31,761 nt of DNA from NCBI GenBank assembly GCA_964426185.1, contig CAYRPF010000011.1, positions 1-31,761 on the forward strand. The letters run 5' to 3'. Under the pieces are notes generated by a model that saw only the letters and a list, made by a program, of their open reading frames with translations, ran no database searches and was not told the origin of the DNA. Of the stretch, positions 10,205 to 18,669 are shown in pieces. The DNA comes from an uncultured archaeon. GTDB taxonomy: Archaea > Asgardarchaeota > Lokiarchaeia > Sigyniarchaeales > Promethearchaeaceae. Both the position numbers and the translations under genes were made by a program. Within the stretch, counting starts at the first letter, position 1; the number at the start of each line of letters is the position of its first letter.

Positions 10205-11457
10205 TGCCGGAACAAAAAGTACTCACCGGAAATCATGCTGCCGCTTACGCCTGCAAAAGCGCTAATGTGGAAGTGGTAGCTGCGTATCCTATAACGCCAC
10301 AAAGCCCGGTGGTAGAAAAAATTTCTGAATTCGTGGAAGCTGGGGAATTACCTAACACCCAATTCGTTACCGTGGAAAGTGAACAATCAGCCATTTCTGC
10401 TGTGGTAGCCGCTTCCCAAATGGGTGCTCGAGTTTTTACCGCCTCCAGTGCCAACGGATTGGCATATATGTATGAAATTCTCTGCTGGGCGGCAGGTTCC
10501 CGTCTTCCTTTAGTTATGTGTATTGCTACTCGTGGATTAGGCGCTCCATGGACAGTGTGGACCGACCATCAAGATGCCTTCAGTATGAGAGACGTGGGAT
10601 TTATTCAGCAATTTGTGGAATCCAACCAAGAAGCATACGACACCGTATTAATGTCTTACCGAATTGCAGAAGATCCACGCGTATATCTACCGGCTTTCGT
10701 GTCATATGACGGTTATATTCTCAGTCATACTATGATGCCCGTACAAATAGAAGATGAAGATAAAGTGAAGGAATTTCTACCGCCATTGAAGCCTCACATA
10801 CATCTAACCGACTTTGATAACGTTCGCAGCGTAAACCCGGTTACTCCGCCTGGATTAACAGTGAGACCAGAAGGTAACACCCCTGGATACTATGAATTCC
10901 GCTATTCTATGCAGAAAGCCCATGAATATGCCACCGAAGTGGTGGAAGAAGTCGCTAAGGAATTCGAGGCTAAATTCGGCCGTTCCTATGGAAATGGCAT
11001 CTATAAACCCTATAAAATAGATGATGCTGAAGTATTAATCTTTGCAGTGGCCAGCGTAGCTTCCGAATCACGTGGTGTGGTTGATAAGCTGCGGGAAGAA
11101 GGTTTGAAGGTGGGATTAATCAGTTTGAAATTATACAGACCCTTCCCAATCAAGCATTTGCGGGAAGCATTCAGTAAAGCTGAACTGGTTGTAGTGTTCG
11201 ACCGTGATGTTGGTTATGGAATGGAAGGAATTCTAGCCGCCGAATTAAAAACAGCACTATATGCAGCAGATCATAGACCTATTATTCGTGGATTCATTGT
11301 AGGCCTCGGTGGACGTGATATTACCGCAGATCAACTTATTCTCGGCGTAAAAACCGCCATTGCTGAAAAAGATGACCGAACTGTGCAGCAAAATACCCAT
11401 GTCGATTTTATTGGAGTTCAATTAGAAGAGCTCGGTTTTAAAAAGGAGGGAATGTAA
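10204..11457 (+). CDS. porA: pyruvate/2-oxoacid:ferredoxin oxidoreductase alpha subunit
   Basis: AYPITPQ, VESEQSA, FTASSANGL, DGYILSH, GLGGRD; GGAGGT SD and TAATG stop/start overlap with porD. Confidence 0.93.
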   Translation: MPEQKVLTGNHAAAYACKSANVEVVAAYPITPQSPVVEKISEFVEAGELPNTQFVTVESEQSAISAVVAASQMGARVFTASSANGLAYMYEILCWAAGSRLPLVMCIATRGLGAPWTVWTDHQDAFSMRDVGFIQQFVESNQEAYDTVLMSYRIAEDPRVYLPAFVSYDGYILSHTMMPVQIEDEDKVKEFLPPLKPHIHLTDFDNVRSVNPVTPPGLTVRPEGNTPGYYEFRYSMQKAHEYATEVVEEVAKEFEAKFGRSYGNGIYKPYKIDDAEVLIFAVASVASESRGVVDKLREEGLKVGLISLKLYRPFPIKHLREAFSKAELVVVFDRDVGYGMEGILAAELKTALYAADHRPIIRGFIVGLGGRDITADQLILGVKTAIAEKDDRTVQQNTHVDFIGVQLEELGFKKEGM

Positions 11458-12378
11458 TTGGTCATAAAAGTTAGTGATTTACCTGAAGAAGAGATGATCT
11501 TGCCTGGAACACGCCTATGTTCTGGTTGCGGTATCCAACTCGCCTATCGATGGGCGTTAAAGGCTCTTGGCCCCAAAACCATTGTTACCAACCCCGCTTC
11601 TTGCTCCACCGTTTGCGGAGGTGTCGGAGGTTATACCCCTCTTAAAGTCCCCACATTCTACTGCTGCTTCGAAACCGTTGCAGCCAATGCCGCTGGAGCC
11701 GCTGCTGCTCTTAAAGCCAAAGGTCAAGATAAAGAAATAGTAGTACTTGCATGGGCTGGTGATGGGGGTACTTATGATATAGGTATTCAAGGTCTTAGCG
11801 GTGCTTCGGAACGGGGTGATAATTTTATATTCAGCTGCGTGAACAACCAAGCATATATGAACACTGGTATTCAAAGATCGGGTGCAACTCCCTACGGGGC
11901 GACGACGACGACGACACCAATTTTGGGCAAGCGGCAGTTGAACAAAAACATGCGTAAAATTATGGAAGCGCACGGTTTGATTTATATTGCGCAGACTTCG
12001 GTTGGTTATCCCCGGGATATTTACGAGAAATTCAGGAAGGCGCGGGAATTCAACGGGAAAGGCGTACGTTATATTGAAATATTAGGAACGTGTCCACCGG
12101 GCTGGGGTTTTCCGACGGATCAATCGGTTAATTTGGCGAAATTAGCGGTAGAAACGGGCTATTGGCCGTTATTGGAAAGAATTGACGGGAAATTGGTAGT
12201 TTCTCAGCCCAGTAAGCGCTATTTGGATAAAAGCAAGCGGAAAGATATTCGAGAGTTTCTGAAAGGTCAAGCTCGATTTCGTCGTTTGACTGAGGAAGAT
12301 ATTAAGGTGTGGGAAAACTACATCGATGCCCAGTGGGATGAAATTCGGGCGGAGTTGGAGAAGCAAGGCGATATTTAA
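11458..12378 (+). CDS. porB: pyruvate/2-oxoacid:ferredoxin oxidoreductase beta subunit (TPP-binding)
   Basis: LCSGCG, TPP motif GDGGTYDIG...NNQAYMNTG, CPPGWG; TTG start right after the porA stop with AGGAGG SD. Confidence 0.93.
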   Translation: MVIKVSDLPEEEMILPGTRLCSGCGIQLAYRWALKALGPKTIVTNPASCSTVCGGVGGYTPLKVPTFYCCFETVAANAAGAAAALKAKGQDKEIVVLAWAGDGGTYDIGIQGLSGASERGDNFIFSCVNNQAYMNTGIQRSGATPYGATTTTTPILGKRQLNKNMRKIMEAHGLIYIAQTSVGYPRDIYEKFRKAREFNGKGVRYIEILGTCPPGWGFPTDQSVNLAKLAVETGYWPLLERIDGKLVVSQPSKRYLDKSKRKDIREFLKGQARFRRLTEEDIKVWENYIDAQWDEIRAELEKQGDI

Positions 12379-12380
12379 TC

Positions 12381-12427
12381 ATTTCACCTTTTTTATTAAT
12401 TTTCCACTTTTTTTCATTTTACTTTTA
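12381..12427 (+). terminator. archaeal oligo-T terminator of por operon
   Basis: Several consecutive T runs (CCTTTTTT, CACTTTTTTTC, ATTTT) immediately after the porB stop. Confidence 0.5.
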
Positions 12428-12632
12428 ATAAATAATCCCACTTGTTAAACAAATTAGCCCTTGAAAGCCATAGACAAGGGATCAATAGAACAAATATTTA
12501 AATGCTTCAAAAATTTATTTTCAATGCGCATATAAAAACTGTTTCGATCATTTCACGATCTGATCCCGATTATTTAATCATTTATTATCACTAAGCGCCC
12601 TTATAACCTACATTGTAAAGAAGGTATGAATA

Positions 12633-13547
12633 ATGTCATATTATAAAAAAAGTCCTTTTGGAAGGGACGAAGAAGAAGAAGACGAGCCCTGCTGTCCAAA
12701 CCCGGATATTATAGTTAATGCGGAAGGTATGCGAGTGTGTCAAAACTGTGGATTAACTTTCGGTCAAACATTCGTAGACAATGAGCGTCGAGCCTATACC
12801 ACCGAGGAAGTTCAATCCCGCCGCAGAACTGAGCCGAAATGGAGGTCTTTTGGGCCGAGAACTGTAATTACTGGAGTCCAAAGCGATGCCCGAGGTCATT
12901 CACTTGGTGCCAGACAGCAAGCGTTATTTAATCGGTTAAGTAAAATTCAAGGTTCTTTAGTTTCATCTTTAGAACGAAATTTCTGGGAAGCCAAGCCTAA
13001 ACTTAATGCTCTTGCACTAAAATTGTCCATTCCAAATCAAATCGTAGAAACTGCATGGAAAATCTACACTGAAGTTGCTCGTCAGAAATTGACCATGGGG
13101 CGTTCAATTGATGGATTTGTTACCGCTGCACTGTATGCTGCGATTAGAATTCACGAATTTCCCCGTTTATTGGAAGAAATCGTGGAAGTGGCTATGATTC
13201 CCTTACGCAGTGTTCATCGTTCATTGGGTTTAATTGTTCGAAAAGTATTTCCCGTTCTAAAAATGAAATACAAGCCGGTTACCACCCGATCTTTAGTATT
13301 TCGATTTGGAAATGAATTAAAATTATCCATGGCGACCCAAACCAGAGCAGCAGAATTACTCCAACAGTCAAGGAAAGCAGGATTGCGATCAATGGGTAAA
13401 GATCCCAAGGGATTAGCAGCTGCTGCATTATATATGGCATCAAAAGCTGCCAATGAAAAACGAACACAGGCAGATATTGCCAATGTTGCACGAATTACCG
13501 AGGTTACTCTCCGTACTCGTGTGAAACAGATTAAAAGTTATTTGTAA
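12633..13547 (+). CDS. tfb: transcription initiation factor IIB (TFB) paralogue 1
   Basis: Zn ribbon CCPNP...CQNCG, B-reader ERRAYT, cyclin repeats with GRSIDG and GKDPKGLAAAALY, HTH TQADIANVARITEVTLR. Confidence 0.92.
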   Translation: MSYYKKSPFGRDEEEEDEPCCPNPDIIVNAEGMRVCQNCGLTFGQTFVDNERRAYTTEEVQSRRRTEPKWRSFGPRTVITGVQSDARGHSLGARQQALFNRLSKIQGSLVSSLERNFWEAKPKLNALALKLSIPNQIVETAWKIYTEVARQKLTMGRSIDGFVTAALYAAIRIHEFPRLLEEIVEVAMIPLRSVHRSLGLIVRKVFPVLKMKYKPVTTRSLVFRFGNELKLSMATQTRAAELLQQSRKAGLRSMGKDPKGLAAAALYMASKAANEKRTQADIANVARITEVTLRTRVKQIKSYL

Positions 13548-13668
13548 TTTTTTCTAACTTTTGCCCTTTTCTTTCAAATCAAAAAGTACGAATCTTTTTA
13601 TTTTTCATTTTCAATAAGTTAATGAATAGCTATAACTTTTTTTAAACATCTCAAATTGAGGAGATATC

Positions 13669-14115
13669 ATGGCAGTACAAGAAGGAAATACAGTTAAGGT
13701 AGTATATGAAGGTTATTTTGATGATGGTGAAGTATTTGATTCTACCGAACGTAATGGAGGGGCCTCTTTAGAATTTACCGTCGGCGCTCATCAAGTAATC
13801 CCCGGTTTCGAAAATTCTGTAATTGGAAAAGAAATCAATCAAGAATACAAAATTCGATTAGAACCTAAGGATGCATATGGGGAATACCATCCTGAAGCGG
13901 TCCAAGTCGTTAGTGCGAAAGAATTTCCCCCAGAAATTGTCCCAAAAGAGGGATTGGTTTTACAAGTACAACAAAAGCATGAAGATCATGAACATACTAT
14001 GCCAGTTTGGATAACCAAAGTTGAAAATGAGGAAGTTACTTTAGATTTTAATCATCCGATGGCGGGTAAGATATTAAATTTCAAAATTACAGTGAAAGAA
14101 ATCATTCAATTATAA
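13669..14115 (+). CDS. slyD: FKBP-type peptidyl-prolyl isomerase, SlyD/short archaeal FKBP
   Basis: YEG...GEVFDST, QVIPGFE, PKDAYG, IF domain, LDFNHPMAGK; SD GAGGAG. Confidence 0.9.
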   Translation: MAVQEGNTVKVVYEGYFDDGEVFDSTERNGGASLEFTVGAHQVIPGFENSVIGKEINQEYKIRLEPKDAYGEYHPEAVQVVSAKEFPPEIVPKEGLVLQVQQKHEDHEHTMPVWITKVENEEVTLDFNHPMAGKILNFKITVKEIIQL

Positions 14116-14281
14116 TTTTGTTTCAAATAAACCCATTTTAATTTGATTTTTTCTTTTTTTAAATTTGAAATTTTTCAATTTACATATTTTTCATCTACTT
14201 ATATCCTATTTATATATTATTCATTTGCATTTAGATAAATATCATTTATAGCATAAAGGATAATATGAAAATAAGGAATTA

Positions 14282-15100
14282 TTAATGACCAAATTTTTCA
14301 AAGAAAGAATTTATTACAGAAATAAACTCCTTTGGCAATTTTCCGCATACATATTGGATGTAATCTGAAGGTATGCCATAAAAAGCTTCTGCGATACTTC
14401 CTGTTATACATGCGATAGTATCAGTATCACCACCTAATAACACGGCTTTACGAATCGCATCGGTAAAATTTTGGCTTTCCATAAAGATTCGTAGCGCGAT
14501 AGGTACAGAATATTGGCAACTTATTAAATAACTTGCCGGATCCCATTCAAAAAAAGGGGGTGGATTAGAATTGCGTTCTCTAAGGGGAGTGTGCAAATCA
14601 TATCCGAACATTGATTCGATTCGATCAATAATTTGCAATTTTTCTCCTATACGTATCGCATCATTTCTTCCTCTACGGTGGGCTAAAAAAATCGCCATAG
14701 CCACTGCTTGAGCCCCTCTAATACCTTCAGGGTGATTATGAGAGACGGTAGTAATATTACGGGCCAAAGAAAGAACTTCATGTTCATTCGAAGCGACCCA
14801 ACCTACTGGGCTTATCCGCATTGCAGCTCCATTCCCCCAACTTTGAAGTGGTTGAGGATTATCGTTCCAAATCCATTGATAAAATCGGGCTCCAAAGCCG
14901 CAGTTTGAATATCTCCGACCATATTGTTGAAACAATGAAATGACATTGATTTCATGTACAAAATGATCCGCCACAGCAACCGTTAAAACAGTATCATCAG
15001 TAAAATATGCTGCAGGATGCAATAAAGGAAAATTTTCAGGAGGCTTAGCTCGAAATTCATATAAACTCCCTACAATATCCCCGAAAATTGCCCCCCACAT
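14282..15100 (-). CDS. ADP-ribosylglycohydrolase (DraG/ARH family)
   Basis: GAIFGDIVGS, TDDT, SWGNGAAMRISP, SHNHPEG and GGDTDT metal-binding motifs. Confidence 0.92.
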   Translation of the reverse strand: MWGAIFGDIVGSLYEFRAKPPENFPLLHPAAYFTDDTVLTVAVADHFVHEINVISLFQQYGRRYSNCGFGARFYQWIWNDNPQPLQSWGNGAAMRISPVGWVASNEHEVLSLARNITTVSHNHPEGIRGAQAVAMAIFLAHRRGRNDAIRIGEKLQIIDRIESMFGYDLHTPLRERNSNPPPFFEWDPASYLISCQYSVPIALRIFMESQNFTDAIRKAVLLGGDTDTIACITGSIAEAFYGIPSDYIQYVCGKLPKEFISVINSFFEKFGH

Positions 15101-15193
15101 CTCGAGTTAAATAGCATTGCACTGATTTTGAATTTAACGAGATCAAAGAAGTTAAGCGATCTTTTTTTATAAAGTAACGACAATATTAAAGGC

Positions 15194-15532
15194 ATGGAAA
15201 AAGTTTTCATTATAATTGCTGATGCAGATCCGCGGATTTTAACTGATGTAGTATTTCCCTACGCCAGAAACGCTATCCGAAACAAATGGATGGAAGAAAT
15301 TGTGTTAATCTTATGGGGCCCAATTCAAAGAACTGTAGTTGGTGCTTTAGAGCTTAAATCTCAAGTGATGGACTTAGTCGAGACTGAGCAGATATCAGTT
15401 TGGGCATCTAAACAATGCAGTGATGACTACAATGTGTCAGATAAATTAAGAGAATTGGGAGTAACCGTGCAATTTATAGGTGAAAAAGTTTCTACCATGT
15501 TAAAGGAAGGTTGGTATCAGTTATCGTTTTAA
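15194..15532 (+). CDS. DsrE-like family protein
   Basis: YARNAIRNKWMEEIVLILWGP, ASKQCSDDY, LRELGV, LKEGWYQLSF pattern matches small DsrE-family proteins. Confidence 0.75.
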   Translation: MEKVFIIIADADPRILTDVVFPYARNAIRNKWMEEIVLILWGPIQRTVVGALELKSQVMDLVETEQISVWASKQCSDDYNVSDKLRELGVTVQFIGEKVSTMLKEGWYQLSF

Positions 15533-15566
15533 ATTAGCATTCTGTGGGAAAGCGGGGGGAATTTTT

Positions 15567-15585
15567 CGACAAAAATCTTTTATAC
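15567..15585 (+). promoter_or_regulatory. putative BRE/TATA promoter of second tfb
   Basis: CGACAAAAATCTTTTATAC about 75-95 nt upstream of ATG 15661. Confidence 0.5.
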
Positions 15586-15660
15586 TAGTTCATTACAAAG
15601 TTTAAACGTCCACATCAAAGTTGCATTTTTTTTTGCACGTGATGAATACAGTGTATCATT

Positions 15661-16593
15661 ATGACACCACCTCCTTATGGCTCTAATTTTGAAGATATTG
15701 ATGAAAATGAAGAATTTTGTTGCGAAAATCCAGAAATTTTTGTTACTGATGATGGATTTCGCTTGTGCCGAAATTGTGGGTTAGTTTTTGGAACAGAATA
15801 TGTATCGACGGAACGAAGAGCCTACACAGCAGATGAAGTTCGATCACGCCGAAGAACCGAACCCAGATGGCGTTCTTATGGACCTCGTACAGTAATCGGT
15901 ATAACCAGCACAGATTCAAAGGGTCGACAGTTAGCCTCCCGCCGCGCTCAATTATTTAACCGTCTGAGTAAAATTCAAGGTTCTCTGATTAATTCCATTG
16001 AACGCAATTTTTGGGAATCTCGACCAAAACTAGCATCTCTTTGTCAAAAACTACAGATACCGGATTTTATTCAAGAATCTGCATGGAAGATTTATTCCGA
16101 AGTAGCCAAGCAGAAACTAACCATGGGTCGTTCAATTGAATCGTTTGTTACCGCATCGCTTTATGCCGCCATCCGTATTCATGATTTCCCTCGGTTATTG
16201 GAAGAAATTGTGGAAGTTGCCATGATCCCTTTAAGAAGTGTCCATCGATCATTGGGTTTAATCGTACGAATGGTACTACCCAAAATGAACTTGCGTTATC
16301 ATCCAATTTCGCCCAATCCTTTGATTTATCGTTTCGGTGCGGAGTTAGATTTATCGATCACTACTCAAAAATACGCTTTTGATCTGCTAAAATCTGCTTC
16401 GAAACGCGGATTGCGAAAAATGGGAAAAGATCCAAAGGGCATTGCTGCTGCAGTTTTGTATTTAGCAGCAAAACAGCAAGGTGAACGAAAAACACAAACA
16501 CAGATAGCCAATGTTGCCAGAATTACAGAAGTTACCCTTCGCACTCGGGCGAAACAAATACGGGGGCATTTATTAGTCAGTCAAAATTTCTAA
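15661..16593 (+). CDS. tfb: transcription initiation factor IIB (TFB) paralogue 2
   Basis: Same architecture as 12633-13547: CCENP...CRNCG, ERRAYT, GKDPKGIAAAVLY, TQTQIANVARITEVTLR. Confidence 0.92.
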   Translation: MTPPPYGSNFEDIDENEEFCCENPEIFVTDDGFRLCRNCGLVFGTEYVSTERRAYTADEVRSRRRTEPRWRSYGPRTVIGITSTDSKGRQLASRRAQLFNRLSKIQGSLINSIERNFWESRPKLASLCQKLQIPDFIQESAWKIYSEVAKQKLTMGRSIESFVTASLYAAIRIHDFPRLLEEIVEVAMIPLRSVHRSLGLIVRMVLPKMNLRYHPISPNPLIYRFGAELDLSITTQKYAFDLLKSASKRGLRKMGKDPKGIAAAVLYLAAKQQGERKTQTQIANVARITEVTLRTRAKQIRGHLLVSQNF

Positions 16594-16625
16594 TCTCACC
16601 GATGTATCTTATCGTTAAGGTGAGA
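16594..16625 (+). terminator. stem-loop directly after second tfb stop
   Basis: TCTCACC (16594-16600) pairs with GGTGAGA (16619-16625), with an inner GAT/ATC pair. Confidence 0.3.
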
Positions 16626-16869
16626 AAAGAATTTTGCATTCCGTTATTTTTATATCCTATACAATAAAGGCAAGAATGTAGGATTTTTATTTGTTCAATA
16701 TGACAAACATAGGCGTGGATAAGGAAGTGCATTACTCAATTTTTTAGAGATGCTTACAATGCAAGAAGGATTAGCCGATATAAGAAGATTATTTGTGCAT
16801 AAAAAAGCCATTTGAGCTCAAATGGGATATTCAGTAATATCAAGGGATTATGAAGTCTTTCTACGTTGA
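16624..16869 (+). pseudogene. GNAT acetyltransferase remnant
   Basis: One frame reads EKNFAFRYFYILYNKGKNVGFLFVQYDKHRRG*GSALLNFLEMLTMQEGLADIRRLFVHKKAI*AQMGYSVI. This contains acetyl-CoA motif A (RRGxGSALL) and a C-terminal MGY. Stops at 16720 and 16813; no start codon. Confidence 0.6.
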
Positions 16870-16909
16870 TGAGCATTATATATTTAGGAAAAAATCTTAA
16901 TATTAAATC

Positions 16910-17854
16910 ATGCTGTTTTTTCAATGGGAACGAATTAATTGGGTTAAATGGATGCCAGTTGAAGTGGGTGTTTTGTTAATATTAATTTTATTTATTAGAC
17001 TTTTACGGCGCTATCGACGATGGAATCAAGTAGAAATTAGCCACGTAAAAAAATCAGTATGGAAATGGCAGGAATATTGTGGAAATTTTTATGAAAATCA
17101 AATCAATCTCCAATTCTCAAAAAACATTCCCATCGAATTATCTTCTCCTAAAATTGAGGGTAATTCATTAAAGAACCATCATTTACTATTTATTCCACCG
17201 GTACAAGGGAGTCTTAGAGTAGAAAGTGTTATGGCATCTTCTCTAGCCATATGTGGTATATCGGTTTGGTCAATCCCTCCAAAAATTTTCTATAAAATAT
17301 TAGCACATCCCAATCATGCTCGAGAATTCTTCCTGCAATTTATTGAAGAACATTCAATAGATACAGTGATATTATTTGATCACGCCATTTTTCCGTATTT
17401 TTCGTGTTTAATCTCTGATCATTCAATAAATTCCTCTTTAAAAGAGAATATTCGCCGGTTAGATTATATTTTGATTCGGCCGTTTTGGGATTTGTCCAAT
17501 ATTAAGAATTTTCTAAAGTTGATTTGTAATCCACTGCAAGCACTTTATTTTCTGAATTTTTTGCGCTATAGGCGCGTGTTCTTGCAGCTTAGTAAATTCA
17601 AACATAATAACCCAGATGATTATACCAATTTGAGTATCCCCAAAATTCAAGCATATAAACAAATTATCCGTCGTATTCTATGTATTCACCCAGCAAAATC
17701 TTGGTTAACGTCTTCTGCACATCAACAAATTACCAAATGGACTCACTCTTTATCTGGTGAAGAATTTACTTTTTCTAGAGGTGATTGGTGGTTCTTTAGA
17801 AATGAAACTATTCTTCTTGGAATCATTGCAAAGTTTATCCATTTATCGAGATGA
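16910..17854 (+). CDS. membrane-anchored hypothetical protein, possible degenerate alpha/beta-hydrolase fold
   Basis: N-terminal TM segment (VGVLLILILFI) followed by an Arg-rich stop-transfer stretch; later segments resemble the alpha/beta-hydrolase strand order but lack GxSxG. Confidence 0.5.
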   Translation: MLFFQWERINWVKWMPVEVGVLLILILFIRLLRRYRRWNQVEISHVKKSVWKWQEYCGNFYENQINLQFSKNIPIELSSPKIEGNSLKNHHLLFIPPVQGSLRVESVMASSLAICGISVWSIPPKIFYKILAHPNHAREFFLQFIEEHSIDTVILFDHAIFPYFSCLISDHSINSSLKENIRRLDYILIRPFWDLSNIKNFLKLICNPLQALYFLNFLRYRRVFLQLSKFKHNNPDDYTNLSIPKIQAYKQIIRRILCIHPAKSWLTSSAHQQITKWTHSLSGEEFTFSRGDWWFFRNETILLGIIAKFIHLSR

Positions 17855-17863
17855 TGAAGTAAA

Positions 17864-18589
17864 ATGGGAGGAAGCTCACCAGATTACCAATTAAATTCAG
17901 GTTCACAACCAATAATATATTCTCAAGAACATTGGAACTTGTTTCAATATCTGCGTGTTCAAGCCAATTTCATTGTTCAGAAATTAGCTTCGCATGGATT
18001 TCATACTTTGGTTTACGGTTCAATTGCTCGAGGGGATGTTTCTCCGAAAAGTGATATAGATATACTTATACTCAACACATTACCCAGTTTTCAACTTGAA
18101 CTAGCATTAGAATCGATGGATTATTCTATTGAACGGAAATATTTAGTTCAATCAACTCCAAATGATAATATAAAGTTGGTTTACGAATTACTGGGAAATA
18201 TACATATAATTTTATTGCTTTCTTCCCTTTCTACCCTTGGTTATGATTTTTACTATTTCGGTGGAGCCCTTACTGAAGCAGAATTACATGAAAATATCAG
18301 AAAACCGGGAGTAAATAAAGAATTATTCTTAATTGAGCCTACATCTGATGGTCATTATCAATCTTCTGTAATGGATAGACAAAATGAAGTTGCTAAAATT
18401 TTAGGAATTTCAGATCAAATGGTCAAGCAACGGATTCGAGTTTTGGCCAGACGGAAAAAAAAGGGTAGAACTGGGGTATTTTTACACCAAGAACTGGCGA
18501 TTGACGAAAATGCTGAAGCAGTATTGCACAATATTGCACGATCGAATCGATTGGTCAGACGTAGATTGCATCGAAGTAAAAGAAGTTAA
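17864..18589 (+). CDS. archaeal nucleotidyltransferase (pol-beta fold, COG2413-like)
   Basis: YGSIARGDVSPKSDIDI catalytic motif; FYYFGG, RKPGVNKEL and RIRVLARRKKKGRTGVF conserved blocks. Confidence 0.8.
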   Translation: MGGSSPDYQLNSGSQPIIYSQEHWNLFQYLRVQANFIVQKLASHGFHTLVYGSIARGDVSPKSDIDILILNTLPSFQLELALESMDYSIERKYLVQSTPNDNIKLVYELLGNIHIILLLSSLSTLGYDFYYFGGALTEAELHENIRKPGVNKELFLIEPTSDGHYQSSVMDRQNEVAKILGISDQMVKQRIRVLARRKKKGRTGVFLHQELAIDENAEAVLHNIARSNRLVRRRLHRSKRS

Positions 18590-18669
18590 GGATCGACAGC
18601 CTTATTCAATTAACTGATTATTTTCTGATTACCCTTGGGGATGAAATTACATGGGATGAAGTAGATATT

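Noticed and set aside
12626-12646. Short out-of-frame uORF overlapping the first tfb start
   Set aside because: Six codons; expected by chance in AT-rich sequence.
16813-16815. In-frame TGA as selenocysteine or recoding
   Set aside because: The same frame has a TAA and no start; TGG-to-TGA decay is simpler and no SECIS was recognised. No other gene in the window needs readthrough.
17864-18589. Nucleotidyltransferase as MNT-HEPN toxin-antitoxin or CBASS cyclase
   Set aside because: No HEPN partner or effector recognised; length and motifs fit the conserved archaeal COG2413-like family.
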